The notes under the pieces are model-generated. The model was not told where the DNA came from, made no database searches, and was given only the letters and a program-made list of their open reading frames with translations. Source: a virus (Duplodnaviria > Heunggongvirae > Uroviricota > Caudoviricetes). From it: a stretch of 43,794 nt of DNA. The position numbers were made by a program, and so were the translations under genes. The stretch is from the IMG/VR virus record IMGVR_UViG_2734482574_000013; one strand, 5' to 3'. Shown here one piece after another: positions 39,985-43,794 of this stretch. Every line of letters begins with the position of its first letter. Positions within the stretch are counted from its first letter, which is position 1.

Positions 39985-40529
39985 AAACGGGGGCCGAAGC
40001 CATCCGGGCACTGGCCACACAGCTCCCGGCATTTCGTCAGAAACTGAGCGACGGCTGGTATCAGGTGCGCATTGCCGGGCGTGATGCAGGCGAAAATGAA
40101 TTATCTGCCCGTCTTAATGAACCGCTGGCAAATGGTGCCGTGATCCACATCGTTCCGCGTCTGGCGGGTGCCAAAAGTGGCGGTGTGTTTCAGGCGGTGC
40201 TGGGTGCGGCGCTGATTGCGGTGGCATGGTGGAACCCTGTGGGCTGGCTGGGGGCCGCGGCTGTATCGGGTATGTATGCAGCAGGGGCCAGTATGATCCT
40301 GGGTGGTGTGGCGCAGATGCTGGCACCGAAAGCCAGGACGCCCACGGCAGCCAGTACAGATAACGGCAAACAGAACACGTATTTCTCGTCACTGGATAAC
40401 ATGGTTGCCCAGGGTAATGTTCTGCCTGTTCTGTACGGGGAAATGCGCGTGGGGTCACGTGTGGTTTCTCAGGAGATCAGCACGGCAGACGAAGGGGATG
40501 GTGGTCAGGTTGTGGTGATTGGTCGCTGA
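39882..40529 (+). CDS. Tail assembly protein, lambda I-like (215 aa)
   Basis: Starts MAATHTLPLASPGMARICLYGDLQRFG, overlapping the K 3' end as in lambda; matches recalled lambda gpI termini. Confidence 0.82.
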   Translation: MAATHTLPLASPGMARICLYGDLQRFGRRIDLRVKTGAEAIRALATQLPAFRQKLSDGWYQVRIAGRDAGENELSARLNEPLANGAVIHIVPRLAGAKSGGVFQAVLGAALIAVAWWNPVGWLGAAAVSGMYAAGASMILGGVAQMLAPKARTPTAASTDNGKQNTYFSSLDNMVAQGNVLPVLYGEMRVGSRVVSQEISTADEGDGGQVVVIGR

Positions 40530-40546
40530 TGCAAAATGTTTTATGA

Positions 40547-40570
40547 GAAACCGCCTGCGGGCGGTTTTGT
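40547..40570 (+). terminator. Terminator-like hairpin (AAACCGCC-tgcg-GGCGGTTT) upstream of J
   Basis: 8-bp stem; downstream T-run is short (TTTTGTCGTTT), so it may be weak. Confidence 0.45.
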
Positions 40571-40589
40571 CGTTTATGGAGCGTGAGGA

Positions 40590-43500
40590 ATGGGTAAAGG
40601 CAGCAGTAAGGGGCATACCCCGCGCGAAGCGAAGGACAACCTGAAGTCCACGCAGCTGCTGAGTGTGATCGATGCCATCAGTGAAGGGCCGGTTGAAGGT
40701 CCGGTNNNNNNNNNNNNNNNNNNNNNNNNNNNNNNNNNNNNNNNNNNNNNNNNNNNNNNNNNNNNNNNNNNNNNNNNNNNNNNNNNNNNNNNNNNNNNNN
40801 NNNNNNNNNNNNNNNNNNNNNNNNNNNNNNNNNNNNNNNNNNNNNNNNNNNNNNNNNNNNNNNNNNNNNNNNNNNNNNNNNNNNNNNNNNNNNNNNNNNN
40901 NNNNNNNNNNNNNNNNNNNNNNNNNNNNNNNNNNNNNNNNNNNNNNNNNNNNNNNNNNNNNNNNNNNNNNNNNNNNNNNNNNNNNNNNNNNNNNNNNNNN
41001 NNNNNNNGGAAAAAGACATCACCATTAAGGGCAAAACCACCTCGCAGTATCTGGTCTCGGTGGTGGTGNNNNNNNNNNNNNNNNNNNNNNNNNNNNNNNN
41101 NNNNNNNNNNNNNNNNNNNNNNNNNNNNNNNNNNNNNNNNNNNNNNNNNNNNNNNNNNNNNNNNNNNNNNNNNNNNNNNNNNNNNNNNNNNNNNNNNNNN
41201 NNNNNNNNNNNNNNNNNNNNNNNNNNNNNNNNNNNNNNNNNNNNNNNNNNNNNNNNNNNNNNNNNNNNNNNNNNNNNNNNNNNNNNNNNNNNNNNNNNNN
41301 NNNNNNNNNNNNNNNNNNATACAGCGGTATCTGGGACGGAACGTTAAAACCAGCATACAGCAACAACATGGCCTGGTGTCTGTGGGATATGCTGACCCAC
41401 CCGCGCTACGGCATGGGGAAACGTCTTGGTGCGGCGGATGTGGACAAATGGGCGCTGTATGTCATCGGCCAGTACTGCGACCAGTCAGTGCCGGACGGCT
41501 TTGGCGGCACGGAGCCGCGCATCACCTGTAATGCGTACCTGACCACACAGCGCAAGGCGTGGGATGTGCTCAGTGATTTCTGCTCGGCGATGCGCTGTAT
41601 GCCGGTATGGAACGGGCAGACGCTGACGTTCGTGCAGGACCGACCGTCGGATAAGGTGTGGACCTATAACCGCAGTAATGTGGTGATGCCGGATGATGGC
41701 GCGCCGTTCCGCTACAGCTTCAGCGCCCTGAAAGACCGCCATAATGCCGTTGAGGTGAACTGGATTGACCCGGATAACGGCTGGGAGACGGCGACAGAGC
41801 TTGTGGAGGATACGCAGGCCATTGCCCGTTACGGTCGTAACGTCACGAAGATGGATGCTTTTGGCTGTACCAGCCGGGGGCAGGCACACCGCGCCGGGCT
41901 GTGGCTGATTAAAACAGAACTGCTGGAAACGCAGACCGTGGACTTCAGCGTGGGCGCAGAAGGGCTTCGCCATGTGCCGGGCGATGTCATTGAAATCTGT
42001 GATGATGACTATGCGGGTATCAGCATCGGCGGGCGCGTGCTGGCGGTAAACAGCCAGACCCGGACGCTGACGCTCGACCGTGAAATCACGCTGCCATCCT
42101 CCGGTACCATGCTGATAAGCCTGGTTGACGGAAGTGGCAATCCGGTCAGCGTGGAGGTTCAGTCCGTCACCGACGGCGTGAAGGTGAAAGTGAGCCGTGT
42201 TCCTGACGGCGTTGCTGAATACAGCGTGTGGGGGCTGAAGCTGCCGACGTTGCGCCAGCGCCTGTTCCGCTGTGTGAGTATCCGTGAGAACGATGACGGC
42301 ACGTATGCCATCACTGCCGTGCAGCATGTACCGGAAAAAGAAGCCATCGTGGATAACGGGGCGCACTTTGACGGCGACCAGAGCGGCACGGTGAATGGTG
42401 TCACGCCGCCAGCGGTGCAGCACCTGACTGCCGAAGTCACCGCAGACAGCGGGGAATATCAGGTGCTGGCGCGCTGGGACACGCCGAAGGTGGTGAAGGG
42501 CGTGAGCTTCCTGCTCCGTCTGACCGTAACAGCGGATGACGGCAGTGAGCGGCTGGTCAGCACGGCCCGGACGACGGAAACCACTTACCGCTTCACACAA
42601 CTGGCGCTGGGGAACTACAGGCTGACAGTCCGGGCAGTAAATGCGTGGGGGCAGCAGGGCGATCCGGCGTCGGTATCGTTCCGGATTGCCGCACCGGCAG
42701 CGCTGTCGCGGATTGAGCTGACGCCGGGCTATTTTCAGATAACCGCCACGCCGCATCTTGCGGTTTATGATCCGACGGTACAGTTTGAGTTCTGGTTCTC
42801 GGAAAAGCGGATTGCGGATATCAGGCAGGTTGAAACCACAGCACGCTATCTTGGCACGGCGCTGTACTGGATAGCCGCCAGTATCAATATCAAACCGGGC
42901 CATGATTATTACTTTTATATCCGCAGTGTGAACACCGTTGGCAAATCGGCATTCGTGGAGGCTGTTGGTCAGCCGAGTGATGATGCATCCGGTTATCTGG
43001 ATTTTTTCAAAGGCGAGATAGGGAAAACCCATCTGGCTCAGGAGCTGTGGACGCAGATTGATAACGGTCAGCTTGCGCCTGACCTGGCTGAAATCAGGAC
43101 GTCCATTACGGATGTCAGCAATGAAATCACGCAGACCGTCAATAAGAAACTGGAAGACCAGAGTGCGGCAATTCAGCAGATACAGAAGGTTCAGGTTGAT
43201 ACAAATAATAACCTGAACAGCATGTGGGCTGTGAAGCTGCAGCAGATGCAGGACGGACGCCTTTATATCGCGGGTATTGGTGCCGGTATTGAGAACACCC
43301 CTGACGGCATGCAGAGTCAGGTGCTGCTGGCGGCGGACAGGATTGCGATGGTTAATCCTGCGAATGGCAACACAAAACCGATGTTTGTTGGTCAGGGCGA
43401 TCAGATATTCATGAACGACGTGTTCCTGAAACGCCTGACGGCCCCCACCATTACCAGCGGTGGAAATCCATCGGCATTTTCCCTGACTCCGGACGGAAAG

Positions 43501-43794
43501 CTGACCGCTAAAAATGCGGATATCAGTGGCAGTGTGAATGCGAACGCCGGGACGCTCAACAATGTCACGGTAAATGAAAACTGTACGATTAAGGGCATGC
43601 TGGAGGCGACTCAGGTCAGAGGTGACTTCGTTAAAGCTGTATCCAAATCATTTCCGAAACAGGCTGGTACGTGGGGTAACACGGAAACACCAAACGGGAC
43701 GGTTACAGTCACCATAAGCGATGATCATAACTTTGACCGCCAGATTATTATTCCGCCCATTATTTTTAACGGTATAGCGTATGACGATCCGGGG
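40590..43794 (+). CDS. Host-specificity / tail tip protein, lambda J-like; truncated by window end and interrupted by two N-runs
   Basis: N-terminus [34 protein letters not shown] and later segments match recalled lambda J; the reading frame changes after the gaps because N-run lengths are not multiples of 3; open to position 43794. Confidence 0.9.
40706..41007. other. Run of 302 N inside J
   Basis: Literal n characters. Confidence 1.
41069..41318. other. Run of 250 N inside J
   Basis: Literal n characters. Confidence 1.

Noticed and set aside
41485-43032. 515-aa ORF on the minus strand
   Set aside because: Lies antisense to the GC-rich J gene, whose plus-strand translation matches lambda J; Arg/Pro/Ala-rich low-complexity translation typical of a shadow ORF.
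1-43794. CRISPR arrays, IS elements or rRNA
   Set aside because: No regularly spaced direct repeats, terminal inverted repeats with a transposase, or rRNA-like sequence were seen; the element is a prophage throughout.

Overview
The window is essentially one near-complete lambdoid, Rac-like prophage of an Escherichia-type host. It starts exactly at the stop codon of the integrase gene (attL lies left of the window) and ends inside the host-specificity gene J. Gene order: int/xis; a minus-strand early-left operon (ydaC, ralR with an in-frame stop, recT, recE, racC, ydaE, kilR); sieB; ydaF/ydaG; an immunity switch (racR divergent from ydaS-ydaT); replication genes (ydaU, ydaV, ydaW-like); an AT-rich accessory island; nin-like genes and antiterminator Q; two moron lipoproteins with TolA C-terminal-like domains; a phage-21-type lysis cassette; low-GC trkG; a ParB-like gene plus partner; then terminase, portal, head and a lambda-like tail (G/G-T, tape measure, M, L, K, I, J). 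The strongest candidate for an undescribed system is the AT-rich gene pair at 11986-13965: a protein with a C-terminal RNxxxH (HEPN-type) motif followed 15 nt later by a protein with a GNAT-like C-terminus, with their own extended -10 promoter. Four N-runs (10231-10569, 19827-20076, 40706-41007, 41069-41318) interrupt ydaV, the endolysin and J; ORF-track proteins containing X runs are artefacts of these. Gene identities rest on my reading of the translations and on recalled protein families; no database search was run. No CRISPR array, rRNA or tRNA was found.
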